IMG/VR virus record: IMGVR_UViG_3300028571_000013
Span: 61,190-125,189 of that record
Source of the DNA: a virus
Direction: 5' to 3' (one strand)
DNA: 64,000 nt
In this document: piece by piece, positions 45,025-55,407 of the stretch
Layout: each line of letters begins with the position of its first letter
Position numbering within the stretch: the stretch's first letter is position 1
Translations under genes and position numbers: made by a program
The notes under the pieces: model-generated
Told to the model about the DNA's origin: nothing
The model's input: only the letters and a program-made list of their open reading frames with translations
Databases searched by the model: none

Positions 45025-45432
45025 TTAGAATGCTACAACTTCTTCATTTTCCTGACTATCCGAATCAGTTGTCGTTACAGCCTTAGCTGACTGGCTGTTT
45101 TTTACTACTTTCTGGATTCGAGCAAAATTATTTACCCTTACCTTCATAGTAGATCGTTTGACACCATCCTTTTCCCATGAGTCATTCCTTAGAGATCCTT
45201 CAATCATAACTAGATCGCCTTTCCTAAAAGATGACGAAATAGCTTCTGCTCCGGTATCCCAAGCTTCACAGTTTACAAAGGTTGTAACCTTGTCTGTTTC
45301 GCCGTTGTTTTTTGTGAATTCCCTAGAAACAGCTACAGTAAAATTTACTACTGCGGTTTCTTTTCCTGATGGATTCACATGTCGTAGTTCTGGGTCTCTG
45401 GCCAAATTTCCTCTCAAAATAACTAAATTCAT
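45025..45432 (-). CDS. ssb: Single-stranded DNA-binding protein
   Basis: MNLVILRGNLARDPELR...FTVAV...FVNCEAW...KGDLVMIEGSLRNDSWEKDG; acidic tail ending in F; AGGAG RBS. Confidence 0.95.
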   Translation of the reverse strand: MNLVILRGNLARDPELRHVNPSGKETAVVNFTVAVSREFTKNNGETDKVTTFVNCEAWDTGAEAISSSFRKGDLVMIEGSLRNDSWEKDGVKRSTMKVRVNNFARIQKVVKNSQSAKAVTTTDSDSQENEEVVAF

Positions 45433-45482
45433 ACGTACTCCTAAATTCAAAAAGTGTTACGAACCAACCGAACCATGGTTTT

Positions 45483-45510
45483 ATTATACAGAAGCATCGG
45501 ACTGTGTCAA
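45483..45510 (-). promoter_or_regulatory. Sigma70-type promoter for ssb
   Basis: TTGACA (45505-10), 16 nt, TATAAT (45483-88) on the - strand. Confidence 0.75.
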
Positions 45511-45511
45511 G

Positions 45512-47116
45512 TCAGACTTGCCAGCACTTTTTAATAATATATGTATCCTTGTCTCTTGATCTATCTAATTTTATTAGTAAGGTATTACCATCTAATAATA
45601 AGTCTTTATATTTAATATATTCCTCTGGAAATATTACTAAATCAGCTGCCCCTGTAGAGTCTGTAACTTTAATAAATGCCATTTCCTGACCAGGATTAAC
45701 GCCCCTTTTTGTTTTAATAACATTTATATCACTAATTTCAGCCCCTAAGATCGGAACCTTTGAAGTTATTCCTTTAGATAAGTCTTTACATTCTACATTG
45801 GCCGAATATATATCGCACCCATCTATTTTATGACAGGTTATTGATGCTCCCAGATAAAACTTCTCATTACTAGCAATCCATTCTGGACTATCCTCTAGAT
45901 CATATGAGGGACGACTCAATCCATTAATCAGAGATACAATGGTTTGTTTTCTTTTGGTTGTTAATTTTATTAAATTATTATTTGCTAATTGATTGAGAGC
46001 AACCTCTATAGGAGATTCAGCATAATTTTTACTTATCACATCCATCTCACGATCTGTTAAATTATTTAATGTTTCATAATAAAACAACATTTTATTTCTT
46101 GATATTGGTATATGGTCTATAGCTCCCACAGATATCAAACCCTTACATGCTGCTGAATTAACCTTTCTGAGAATCTCACCATATATTTGTATAAAATTCA
46201 TACTAGCTACTGGTACGCCCTCTAATATCTTATGTAACTTTTCATAGACGGAATCTCCCAGGCTTTTAATATTTGTTAAGCCGAAGCATATGCTATTATC
46301 AATATCGTCTATGAAAAATGCTTTTTTAGGCTTTAGTATAGAAGGCTTCTTAACTATAATATCCATTTCGTTAGCATTACTAACAAGTTCTTGTATTTCT
46401 CTTAGTGGATCAATTTTATCTTTAGCAAACTTTAGATAAGACGCAAAAAATGCTACTGGAAAGTGTGCTTTTGCATATGCTGATAAATAAGCATTATAGG
46501 CATAGCTAATAGCATGGCTTTTATTAAAAGAATATCTTTGAGATTTTTCTATCCATCCGAACAATTCTTCTGATTGTTCCTTTGTTAACACGCCACTTGC
46601 CTCAGACTTATGTAAAAATAATTTTTTAATCTTTACCATTTCTTCTGGTTTTTTCTTACCGATAGCTTTCCTCAACTGGTCAGCTTCTGTAAGATCGAAA
46701 TTGGCTATTTTTTGACAAATCTGCATAGCCTGTTCTTGATATACCATCTCCCCATAAGTATTACCAAGTATTGTTTCTAAAGCAGGATGGAAGAAGTCAA
46801 CAGCTTCATTTTGATTTTTTTTATCTATATAGTGATTACTTACAGATTTTCCGTCTCTATAAGCCTCTAGGCATCCTGGTCTCATAATGCTAATAAGAGC
46901 AGAAAGCTGTTCTATATTTTCTGGCTTTAGTTTCTTCGCCATACTTTGTCCAAGTCTAGACTCAAGCTGAAAACACCCTTTTGTGTTACCATCAGAAATC
47001 ATAGACCATGTGCGTTTACAATTTAAATCAATATGTTCTATATTAATATCCAAATCAATTGTATTATTCTGCATATTGAACTTGCAGTCACAATCATTAA
47101 AAGACAAAATGTTCAT
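45512..47116 (-). CDS. dnaE: DNA polymerase III alpha, C-terminal half (fingers, HhH, OB fold)
   Basis: GCFQLES, LSALISIMRPG, YQEQAMQI, ADQLRKAIGKKK, YSFNKSHAISY, FGLTNIKSLG, MAFIKVTDSTG. Confidence 0.92.
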   Translation of the reverse strand: MNILSFNDCDCKFNMQNNTIDLDINIEHIDLNCKRTWSMISDGNTKGCFQLESRLGQSMAKKLKPENIEQLSALISIMRPGCLEAYRDGKSVSNHYIDKKNQNEAVDFFHPALETILGNTYGEMVYQEQAMQICQKIANFDLTEADQLRKAIGKKKPEEMVKIKKLFLHKSEASGVLTKEQSEELFGWIEKSQRYSFNKSHAISYAYNAYLSAYAKAHFPVAFFASYLKFAKDKIDPLREIQELVSNANEMDIIVKKPSILKPKKAFFIDDIDNSICFGLTNIKSLGDSVYEKLHKILEGVPVASMNFIQIYGEILRKVNSAACKGLISVGAIDHIPISRNKMLFYYETLNNLTDREMDVISKNYAESPIEVALNQLANNNLIKLTTKRKQTIVSLINGLSRPSYDLEDSPEWIASNEKFYLGASITCHKIDGCDIYSANVECKDLSKGITSKVPILGAEISDINVIKTKRGVNPGQEMAFIKVTDSTGAADLVIFPEEYIKYKDLLLDGNTLLIKLDRSRDKDTYIIKKCWQV

Positions 47117-47811
47117 ACTTTAAAAGAATCCTTAAACTTAATTTTTTGACTTAGTTTTTTGTGTAATCTGAGAAATCTTATGAGTATCTGTGCACAGTCT
47201 TCAACGTCTTTGAGAGCATTATGAGCGTTGGTCTTATCTATACCTAGGTAGTCTCTCATGCTATCCAAAGAAAGTCCCTTGACTTCAGAAACATAACTCA
47301 TCCATATACCAAATAGATGCATAATATCTATCTTATCTCGTGGGTGAAAGAGACATGTTTCATTTTCTTTGTTGGTATGACTATACTTTACGCTTAATCT
47401 GTTTACTATGGGCATATCAAATCGTAATATATTATAGCCAGCAGCTATTGGAGCAGTAAATTGTGATTTCTTACCACCATTTGCTTTTAAATGATATTTA
47501 TCCAAATATGTTACAAATTGTGACCATGCATGTTTTTGTTCTGGATAGACTTTCCAATCGTTAAGAACCTGTTCAGAAGAGACATTACGAATTCTGCCGT
47601 GCCACTCCAGAATATCTGAATCTGTATATGGATTACTTACTGTTGTGTCACATAATTTATCTGGTTTTAAAAATGTATTAAATTCTGATTTAGGGATAAT
47701 TTCTAGTTTTATTGGATCAATAATCAGTGCGGATAGTTGGACTGGGCTGCATTCCTCTGGATTTTTACCATCTGTTTCAAAATCAAATACACATATTTTA
47801 TTATAGATCAT
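47113..47811 (-). CDS. DEDDh 3'-5' exonuclease (DnaQ/epsilon-like)
   Basis: VFDFETDG (ExoI), AGYNILRFDMP (ExoII), AHNALKDV (ExoIII). Confidence 0.9.
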   Translation of the reverse strand: MIYNKICVFDFETDGKNPEECSPVQLSALIIDPIKLEIIPKSEFNTFLKPDKLCDTTVSNPYTDSDILEWHGRIRNVSSEQVLNDWKVYPEQKHAWSQFVTYLDKYHLKANGGKKSQFTAPIAAGYNILRFDMPIVNRLSVKYSHTNKENETCLFHPRDKIDIMHLFGIWMSYVSEVKGLSLDSMRDYLGIDKTNAHNALKDVEDCAQILIRFLRLHKKLSQKIKFKDSFKV

Positions 47812-47983
47812 CTGCAATCACCTCTATTTCTGCTTTGTATTCAAATAGTATCTGTTTATTATCTTTTAGTCTTATCGCATTTGCTTTGATCTGACAACAA
47901 CTTTGTTTGATTTCTGGAATTTTCAGATATTCTTTGTCGTCATAAATAAATCTTTGACCAGCTAATACGTTCTCAAATATCAT
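47801..47983 (-). CDS. Small hypothetical protein
   Basis: ATGA-coupled to the dnaE N-terminal gene; 60 aa. Confidence 0.6.
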   Translation of the reverse strand: MIFENVLAGQRFIYDDKEYLKIPEIKQSCCQIKANAIRLKDNKQILFEYKAEIEVIADDL

Positions 47984-49866
47984 ACCAGAACCTCTTTAGA
48001 TTTGAGTATGTCTCTAATATACATTATTTTATCTAGGAGTGCAATGCCTAGAATATCAAATTTAATAACCCCAATAGATTCTAGGTCTGACATTTCGAAT
48101 CCCGCAATACTTTGTTCTGTTTTACCATCCCATATCATAGGACATATTGTGTGTAGCGGTTCATTTGATATGGCTATACCAGCCGCGTGTTTAGATTGAT
48201 TGTACTTTGAGCCTTCCAATCTCATAGCCTGTTCAAAACGCTTTGCCAGTGGGCCATATAGCTTTTCATCGTCACCAAGATAGCACCATTCTTTAAGTTT
48301 TGCACTGTTGTTCTCAAGAGCCCATCTTATAATAGAAGCTTCTCCATCTTCTTCTTTCATTTCTTGTAATTCGTCAGCAATTTTAGCCTCGTCTGGTATA
48401 TGTTTGGTTATTCTATTCATTTCTTCAAAAGATATGTTACCATATATACGTAATACTTCTTTCAAAGCTCCACGACCCTTTAGAGTGTTAAAGGTGATCA
48501 TTTGTGATACTTTATCAACACCATATTTGTTTTTGATATAATTAATAATATCTTCTCTATGTTCTATTGGTACGTCAACATCAATATCTGGCATTGAGAT
48601 ATTTGTTTCTGTATTTCTTCCAGTATTATAGAATCTTTCAAAGATAAGATCGTACTTAATAGGATTGATAGACGTAATGCCCACAAGATATGATACTAAA
48701 CATCCAGCGGCAGATCCTCTTCCAGGTCCAGGTAAACAACCCCTATCTTTAACATAATTTACTATGTCTCTGATAATAAGAAAGTAGCTCGCTAAATTTG
48801 TTGATTCTAAAACCTCAAGTTCTTTCTTGACCCTATCAACATAGTTCTGCTGCATATCTTTTGGTATATGGTTTTGTATTTTTGCTGACCATCCCTCTCT
48901 ACATAGCTGTCTTAAATAATCTATTGGCTGTTGATTATTAGGACACTCAAAAGTGGGTAGTGTCGGTGATGAGAGTATGTCGTATACCTCACAAATTTCA
49001 TCAATTTTAATCGAGTTGGCTAGTTCAGTTTCATCATGTATAAGGGACATTTCTTCTGGAGAAAGTATATAATATTTATCAGATATGAAAAAACTAGACA
49101 TTGGAATTTTATCATTATTGATAATTTTCTGTGATATTTCTGGTAATGTTGTTTTTAGTGAACTACATAATAAAACCCTTTGATCAACAGCATCAGCCAT
49201 TTCACAATAGTGCGCATCTATAGTGGCTACTCTTTGTATATTGTGTTTTTTTGATAGTTCTCTTAAAGCTAATCCTATAGTTTGCTGATGTTTGTTTTCG
49301 ATATCCATAAGCTGTATCTCAATAAATACATTATTATTTCCAAATACTTCTTGTAGCTGCTTAATATGCTCTAATGCTTTGGATTCCCATTCCTCATTTA
49401 ACTGAGATGTATTAAAATCATATATTTCATTCGCTAATGTCGATCCAGGATGACCAGATATACAGATAATATTCTGGTTCTTAGCCAGTGTCTCTTTTAT
49501 TAAATTAAGATCAAGCCTAGGTTTATGATAAAAATTAGTAGAGCCATTAGACAGAGATACTAGATTAATAAGATCTTTCCATCCGTTATAGTTTTTACAT
49601 AGAACAACTAGATGAGACAAGCTTTGGTTGGATTTTTCTTTAAGAGAAGCTTCTTGACGACTAATATATAATTCGCAACCCATAATGGGCTTGATACCAT
49701 TCTTCTTCATGGTTTTATAAAAGTTAACACTACCTGATATCGTTCCATGATCAGTAATAGCGCAGCTTTTAATATTTAGTGCTTTACATCTCTTAGCTAT
49801 TTGTTCCGGTTTAGATAAGCCATCAAGAAGACTATAGTGTGTGTGAACGTGTAGCGGCGTGTACAT
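47980..49866 (-). CDS. dnaE: DNA polymerase III alpha, N-terminal half (PHP plus catalytic palm)
   Basis: HVHTHYSLLDG, AITDHG, GPGRGSAAG, FERF, PDIDVD, SKHAAG, KFDILG. Confidence 0.95.
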   Translation of the reverse strand: MYTPLHVHTHYSLLDGLSKPEQIAKRCKALNIKSCAITDHGTISGSVNFYKTMKKNGIKPIMGCELYISRQEASLKEKSNQSLSHLVVLCKNYNGWKDLINLVSLSNGSTNFYHKPRLDLNLIKETLAKNQNIICISGHPGSTLANEIYDFNTSQLNEEWESKALEHIKQLQEVFGNNNVFIEIQLMDIENKHQQTIGLALRELSKKHNIQRVATIDAHYCEMADAVDQRVLLCSSLKTTLPEISQKIINNDKIPMSSFFISDKYYILSPEEMSLIHDETELANSIKIDEICEVYDILSSPTLPTFECPNNQQPIDYLRQLCREGWSAKIQNHIPKDMQQNYVDRVKKELEVLESTNLASYFLIIRDIVNYVKDRGCLPGPGRGSAAGCLVSYLVGITSINPIKYDLIFERFYNTGRNTETNISMPDIDVDVPIEHREDIINYIKNKYGVDKVSQMITFNTLKGRGALKEVLRIYGNISFEEMNRITKHIPDEAKIADELQEMKEEDGEASIIRWALENNSAKLKEWCYLGDDEKLYGPLAKRFEQAMRLEGSKYNQSKHAAGIAISNEPLHTICPMIWDGKTEQSIAGFEMSDLESIGVIKFDILGIALLDKIMYIRDILKSKEVLV

Positions 49867-50930
49867 TAAACCTCTCCGGGTGCCTTGTATGTTCCTATAC
49901 TATATCCTGGAAGTTGATACTTGTCAACTGCATGATCAATGTTGTGGAGGTCTATATCATGTTTTATTTGTTCGCACTGGGTCATACACGAATTCTTCTG
50001 TGTAATCTGATTATCTCTATACTCTAAGATTGGTAAAACATGCTTATCATCTTGGAATGTGTTTTTACCAAAATGACACAACTTACTACACATCCAAGAC
50101 TTATGAAGTTTGGGTCGTGTTGTTGTTTTAATTTTGTGAAATTTTTCTCTTAACATATGTTCTGTAGTAGCTATATTATCTTGATTATCAAAACACACAG
50201 AGAATGGCCCACCATCATTAATATAATTGATTGTAACAATAATATGCTTAAATTCTGGAAATAGTCTATGTATAGCATAATGGTAGAGTTTAAGCTGAGG
50301 ATCTTCCTCTAGTTTTTCTTGAGTTTTTTCTTTACCAGTAGCCCAGTTTAATCTACGACCAGTTTTCCAGTCTATAATCTCTAATGTTGTATCGTCTATC
50401 TTGGTTATAAGGTCGATTGTTCCTTTGATGGCGAGATTACCACTTATCTTTTCTCCTTTAACATCATATATATATTTAGCCCAGTCTTTATCTATTACTA
50501 AATCAAAATGTTGTTCTGATCTGAATATGTTTCGTCTCCTTGGATCAAAGAGTCTATTATTAGACCTTAGAGTTTTACTCACCCACTCTATACAATCTTT
50601 TCTATCTTTTTCTGTCCAAGGATGATGCTTACATTCTCCGGTATAATAATCATATATTTTATTGGTTAGAGTTAATACAAAATTATTATCAAACATATCT
50701 GATATAGTTAGATCTATTTTACCAACAATATCATCATCTACAGAATCAACATTATCTTGTTGGCTCTTTTTCATTATGGCAAGTATCTCTAATACTTTAT
50801 GTACGATAGTCCCCTTATCTGCTTTCTTATTAGATAGGCCTCTCCTACCAAGTACATACTCGATAAAATATTGTTGCTCACACATAGAGTGTGTATTATA
50901 TGATGAACTTCTAAAGTATGTAATTATAAT
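49866..50930 (-). CDS. PD-(D/E)XK nuclease (RecB/AddB/Cas4-like exonuclease), probable ATT start
   Basis: KGTIVHKVLE, GTIDL, IIDWKTG, QLKLY, C-terminal cysteines; N-terminal IITYFRSSSY..C lies upstream of the first ATG (50885). Confidence 0.85.
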   Translation of the reverse strand: MIITYFRSSSYNTHSMCEQQYFIEYVLGRRGLSNKKADKGTIVHKVLEILAIMKKSQQDNVDSVDDDIVGKIDLTISDMFDNNFVLTLTNKIYDYYTGECKHHPWTEKDRKDCIEWVSKTLRSNNRLFDPRRRNIFRSEQHFDLVIDKDWAKYIYDVKGEKISGNLAIKGTIDLITKIDDTTLEIIDWKTGRRLNWATGKEKTQEKLEEDPQLKLYHYAIHRLFPEFKHIIVTINYINDGGPFSVCFDNQDNIATTEHMLREKFHKIKTTTRPKLHKSWMCSKLCHFGKNTFQDDKHVLPILEYRDNQITQKNSCMTQCEQIKHDIDLHNIDHAVDKYQLPGYSIGTYKAPGEV

Positions 50931-51517
50931 GATAGTATTCCTTTATGTTTTAGAAACTCTAAGAGAATTAAGTTTTGCTGTTGTATGGTCATATATTGAT
51001 TATCAATAGTTATATCAAATAACGTTTGATCAAAATTCTCAGGATCCAAGGCCGTTTCGCTTGAATGATCAGAATTATATGGATTACGAGTTAGCTTTAT
51101 AACAAAACCACCAGCTTTTTTAACAGCGTCCACCTCGTTAGGAAATCTGCAATCAGCAATTAAAGAAAGATACGACCTATCTTGTTCAATTCTTCTAATA
51201 GTAGCCTCTGACCATACGTTTTTTTGCATTTTACGAAACATATCCGTGCCAACTATTTGCATGACTTCTCTGGCCGTTAACTGTTTTGAGTCCCAATAAC
51301 AGTCAACAAGCTCATTCTTTTGATCATCGGCACCATAACATTGGTCGTGTGTTAGTCCCAAGATATTGATACATATGTCTTTTTTTAATGGGTCGGCAAA
51401 ATTATATATAGTATAATTCTTAATAGAATAGTCATTGATAGCTTTGCCAATAAATTCTGCACACGTTGTTTTACCAGACTGTTTTCTTCCAGCAAAAGCT
51501 ATAATAAAATTAGACAT
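50924..51517 (-). CDS. Deoxynucleoside monophosphate kinase
   Basis: P-loop GRKQSGKTT, FADPLK, REVMQIVGTD, DCRFPNE, HSSE. Confidence 0.9.
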   Translation of the reverse strand: MSNFIIAFAGRKQSGKTTCAEFIGKAINDYSIKNYTIYNFADPLKKDICINILGLTHDQCYGADDQKNELVDCYWDSKQLTAREVMQIVGTDMFRKMQKNVWSEATIRRIEQDRSYLSLIADCRFPNEVDAVKKAGGFVIKLTRNPYNSDHSSETALDPENFDQTLFDITIDNQYMTIQQQNLILLEFLKHKGILSL

Positions 51518-52670
51518 GTATTTTTTCCATTTCTGGTATAATGATTTGTTTGATTTCCTCTACTGACATATCACCAATATCATTTTGATTAATAGATAAT
51601 GTTTTAATATTATAAGTGCGACAACACTTATCATGTATTTGTTTTATACCAGCCTGACCAGCATCATCATTATCTAATAATATTAGTAAAGACATTGCGC
51701 CAGAACAATCTAGTAGCATTTTTTGTCTATCGCTCAGGGATGTACCGAATATTGCTACAGAATTTTTGATTCCAGCTTCTTCTAATCTCCAAACATTGCC
51801 AGGACTTTCTACAATAACAGATATGCCTGTTTTGAGTATATAGTCTTTAGCAAACCATAGGTTGTAAAGGCAGTCTTTAGCCTTAAAGTCTTTATTATGT
51901 TTCCATTTAGAGTATTTGTATCCATATTGATTATCTATGCAAGTCTTATCTGTGTCATGATAATAAGAACACTCTGAACACTTATTAAATATGCTTCGTC
52001 CGCTACAGCCTATCATATGAGTATAGCTTGGGTCATAAATCGGAACAACCACACGATTAAACATTTCTTTATTAGGATTTGTACAAACTCCAATGTCATA
52101 CCTATCTAGTATTTGTTTAGAATATCCTCTGCCTACATAATAGTCTGCTGGTATACTTAATGCCTTACGCACAGACTGTCTTGATGGCAGATTAGATTGG
52201 TTTGTTACTACTGGAGATATAGTCTGTATATTATTAGTAAATATTTTTTTCTCTAAATTAGTATTATTGCTTTTAATATCTTTAATGTCTTTATTTAGAA
52301 TCTTTAGTGCCATATCAAGAGTAGTATCAAATGGATATATTTCGTCACCCTCCGTAGACCAGTTATTATGCTTAACAGATAGGATACCTCTTAAGAAGCC
52401 TATGATAGATGGCTGGAATATTTTTTCACAATGGTGTGTTCTACATACCCAGTTTCCTCGATATGAATCTCCCACATAATATAAATTAAGTGAGGATTCA
52501 TTATCTCCCCTGTGTATGGGACATGCCATAGTGATCATTTTATTATTATTGTATTTACAATTTAGATCAAAAGCTTCGCACAAAAGATCTACATTGTCAC
52601 ACAACTCGTCACATATTGCTTTTATTTTAGCTTGACTAAGTGAACGAGATTTCTTCTTCGTGGGATTCAT
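51510..52670 (-). CDS. dnaG: DNA primase (Zn finger plus TOPRIM)
   Basis: CPIHRGDN...WVCRTHHC; RVVVPI; IVESPGNVWRL; LLDNDDAG. Confidence 0.88.
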   Translation of the reverse strand: MNPTKKKSRSLSQAKIKAICDELCDNVDLLCEAFDLNCKYNNNKMITMACPIHRGDNESSLNLYYVGDSYRGNWVCRTHHCEKIFQPSIIGFLRGILSVKHNNWSTEGDEIYPFDTTLDMALKILNKDIKDIKSNNTNLEKKIFTNNIQTISPVVTNQSNLPSRQSVRKALSIPADYYVGRGYSKQILDRYDIGVCTNPNKEMFNRVVVPIYDPSYTHMIGCSGRSIFNKCSECSYYHDTDKTCIDNQYGYKYSKWKHNKDFKAKDCLYNLWFAKDYILKTGISVIVESPGNVWRLEEAGIKNSVAIFGTSLSDRQKMLLDCSGAMSLLILLDNDDAGQAGIKQIHDKCCRTYNIKTLSINQNDIGDMSVEEIKQIIIPEMEKIHV

Positions 52671-54117
52671 TATCAACATTTGTTATTTGGAATGAGTTTT
52701 TAGATTGAGACGTATTATTACTTAATTCTAGTTTCGTTTGACCTTCTGTTATCTTAGCACACCAACCCTTCATATTACAATTAATATAATCATTGTCTTC
52801 TAGGCCTCCTCCGTGCCTACTTACTAGTGGAATTAATTTACGATTACCAGCATTGGGGCCGTCCTCAGCTATTTCTTCATCAGACTTACGCTTAAAGATG
52901 GAAAAATTACTACATAGCCATATGATTCTATCAGAGCCAGATGCAGTGTCGGTACTTTCTTTAGTGATGCCGTCTCGATTAAGCTGAATAAATGCTACTA
53001 TAGGAACTTTATATTTTGTAGCAAAATTATGTAAGGATGTCATCATGAACCCGAGTACCTGATACTCTTTCATGTCCTGAGATATGCCAGCAGAATCCAT
53101 AAGCTTCAAATAGTCATAAAAAATTACACAATCTTTAGCAGTTCCATCGTCATTAAGACCAACCTCTTTAATAACCCATCTTCTCATAATAGCAAGCTGC
53201 TCATCAAAAGGCTTTCCTGCTATAGATTTGTAATATAATTTTGTTGACTTTAATTTATTTTTAGCTTCGTGTATTTTGGATCTTAGGTCCGCAGAGTCTT
53301 TAAATTTACCAGTTTCTATAGTTTTAAGATCAACCTCTGTCATCATACCAATAACACGATTAATATGATCATCAGTTGTCATTTCTGTATCCATATTTAA
53401 AACTGGCACCCCACTATTTGCCAAATAATAACCCATGTTATCTGCTAGTAGTGTTTTGCCTATTTTAGGTCTTGCGGCTATAACATTTACTGTACTCTTT
53501 CTTAAGCCACCCCCTATAGCCCGATCATATATAGGAAATCCTGTAGATAAACCAACCTGATCAACTGGATTATCTTCTAAATTTTGAATGTATGCATCAA
53601 TATTCTTACCGATAGACTCAGGCTCTGTTTTGTTATCTCCAAGCAATAGACTAAGATCAAAAACCTTGCTTTCTGCAATATTTAGAATATCAGATATAGA
53701 TTCTGATCCTGTGACCGCATTTAGTTCTTTTTGGGCTAGTCCTAACTGATCACTAATATTTCTTGCTATTTCAAGTTTTTTTATTTTTGTTGCAAATTTT
53801 CTAATATTGCTTTGATCTACTGGAAAATCTAATATAGCCTTGATATGCATGGCTTCGTCTTTTGACGATAAAATATCTTTATATCCTAGCTCTTGAGCTG
53901 CAGAATATATAGAAGCTAGGTCTATTTTAGCATTACTATCATTGGCATATATGTGTTGAATACACGCATATATAAATGAATTACTATCTATAGTAAATGA
54001 AGCAGATGATACTAGGTCTGATATATCTAAGTAAGCGTTCTCGCCATACTTACATAGTCCTGATAATACTGCTCTTTCCGCAGATGGGTCTGTGAGTGTT
54101 TCTCTTAATTTTGTCAT
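52636..54117 (-). CDS. dnaB: Replicative DNA helicase
   Basis: AERAVL, GLSTGF, IAARPKIGKT, DTEM, DYLKL, QLNR. Confidence 0.95.
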   Translation of the reverse strand: MTKLRETLTDPSAERAVLSGLCKYGENAYLDISDLVSSASFTIDSNSFIYACIQHIYANDSNAKIDLASIYSAAQELGYKDILSSKDEAMHIKAILDFPVDQSNIRKFATKIKKLEIARNISDQLGLAQKELNAVTGSESISDILNIAESKVFDLSLLLGDNKTEPESIGKNIDAYIQNLEDNPVDQVGLSTGFPIYDRAIGGGLRKSTVNVIAARPKIGKTLLADNMGYYLANSGVPVLNMDTEMTTDDHINRVIGMMTEVDLKTIETGKFKDSADLRSKIHEAKNKLKSTKLYYKSIAGKPFDEQLAIMRRWVIKEVGLNDDGTAKDCVIFYDYLKLMDSAGISQDMKEYQVLGFMMTSLHNFATKYKVPIVAFIQLNRDGITKESTDTASGSDRIIWLCSNFSIFKRKSDEEIAEDGPNAGNRKLIPLVSRHGGGLEDNDYINCNMKGWCAKITEGQTKLELSNNTSQSKNSFQITNVDNESHEEEISFT

Positions 54118-54118
54118 T

Positions 54119-54532
54119 TTAACCTGGTGTTGCTGAGCACTTATTACATTTAAAACGTTCTACGCCGCCATATAATAAAGATGCTTGTACTTTTTCTTCT
54201 TTGCCACAAACTCTACATCTAACACTTACCATTTGTAGTTTACGACTACGAGCAACCGGTGGCTGTACATATAGTTTTTGAGCTAAGCCTGGATCTTCCT
54301 TATGCATATTAACTTCTGGCATAGATAAAAACTTGTTTTCTCTTTTTATATCTTTGACTTTTTTAGTTTTAGCAATACTTTGCTGTTTAGTTGGCAATTT
54401 AACCTTTGTATCTACCTCATCTTCAGAGACATCTTCTTGAGATGTAGACTCTAATAATGCAGATAGGAGACCTATCATTTGTTTTATCTGCTCTGGATTT
54501 TTTAATAGATCCTTAATATTATCAGTGGACAT
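54119..54532 (-). CDS. Hypothetical protein with C-terminal Zn ribbon
   Basis: CRVC...CNKC. Confidence 0.6.
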   Translation of the reverse strand: MSTDNIKDLLKNPEQIKQMIGLLSALLESTSQEDVSEDEVDTKVKLPTKQQSIAKTKKVKDIKRENKFLSMPEVNMHKEDPGLAQKLYVQPPVARSRKLQMVSVRCRVCGKEEKVQASLLYGGVERFKCNKCSATPG

Positions 54533-55010
54533 TTTTCACCTTATTCCTTTGAATTGCTATAATGATATCTGATAGATTTTTTAAACTATTAGATAGATAA
54601 GACAACCTATCCATTCTTTGCTTTGCGTACTTTTGTATCTTGTGTAGCCCATTAGCTTTTTCATTGTTCTTTATGGCCTGATATAGCTTTTCCATGTAGC
54701 CATATCCTTTATAGTTGCTGATATCATCAGCTACTGCCAGCTTCAAAGTATCCTCGGCCCAGTTATGTCTAGCTATCTCACGATTCAATATTCTCTGAAT
54801 GTGGAAAGCCATCTGTCCTAGCCTATATGCCATTTGAAAACAATCTTCTGGTGTGAGTTTTTCTATAACATCTCTACTCATAGATAGATACTGATTTAGC
54901 TCTTGTGACGATTCACTATTATTAGACGAAGCTGGCAGACCAATTGATGATTCATACTCATCTAAAATCTTATCCCAGTGTTCTAATTCTTCCTTACTAG
55001 TTTTATGCAT
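54522..55010 (-). CDS. Hypothetical coiled-coil protein (possibly a recombination mediator)
   Basis: Helical sequence between recA and dnaB; function is inference only. Confidence 0.5.
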   Translation of the reverse strand: MHKTSKEELEHWDKILDEYESSIGLPASSNNSESSQELNQYLSMSRDVIEKLTPEDCFQMAYRLGQMAFHIQRILNREIARHNWAEDTLKLAVADDISNYKGYGYMEKLYQAIKNNEKANGLHKIQKYAKQRMDRLSYLSNSLKNLSDIIIAIQRNKVKNVH

Positions 55011-55407
55011 GTGCTATTTTCTCCGTCCATTCGTGGGTTTTATTATAGGGTAGTTCTATGTATGTGATATTATTAATATGGCACCACTCCTGCTTTTCTC
55101 TGTCCCTTTTTTGCTGCTTCAAAAAATCTAATTTAGATCTATGATAAAATGGTGTGAATTCATAATGCTGTTCACCGTGAACCTCTATACATTTTTTAGT
55201 TAATGGTACAAAAAAGTCTATATAGAGAATCTCTGATTTTCTGATGTGTATAGGAACCTCTTCTAAAATTTGTAGAGTAGGGAATGCTTCCTTAATAATA
55301 TCCCTTGCTAATAGATGAAAGCTTGATTTATTATTTAAGCTACTCTTAGCAGTTAGTCCATTAAAAGTTAGTTTATACTCTACGCCATCTAAACCCATGG
55401 TCATCAT
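55003..55407 (-). CDS. Vsr/DUF559-like endonuclease
   Basis: LYIDFF..KCIEVHGEQHY...RDREKQEWC..NNITYIELPY. Confidence 0.75.
   Translation of the reverse strand: MMTMGLDGVEYKLTFNGLTAKSSLNNKSSFHLLARDIIKEAFPTLQILEEVPIHIRKSEILYIDFFVPLTKKCIEVHGEQHYEFTPFYHRSKLDFLKQQKRDREKQEWCHINNITYIELPYNKTHEWTEKIAHA

Noticed and set aside
47090-48030. Split intein or group I intron joining the dnaE halves
   Set aside because: No C/S-start or HN-C intein ends, and the interval is fully occupied by coupled ORFs with no non-coding room for a ribozyme.
49866-50930. Cas4 as part of a CRISPR-Cas system
   Set aside because: No other cas genes or arrays; standalone PD-(D/E)XK exonucleases are routine in phage replication modules.
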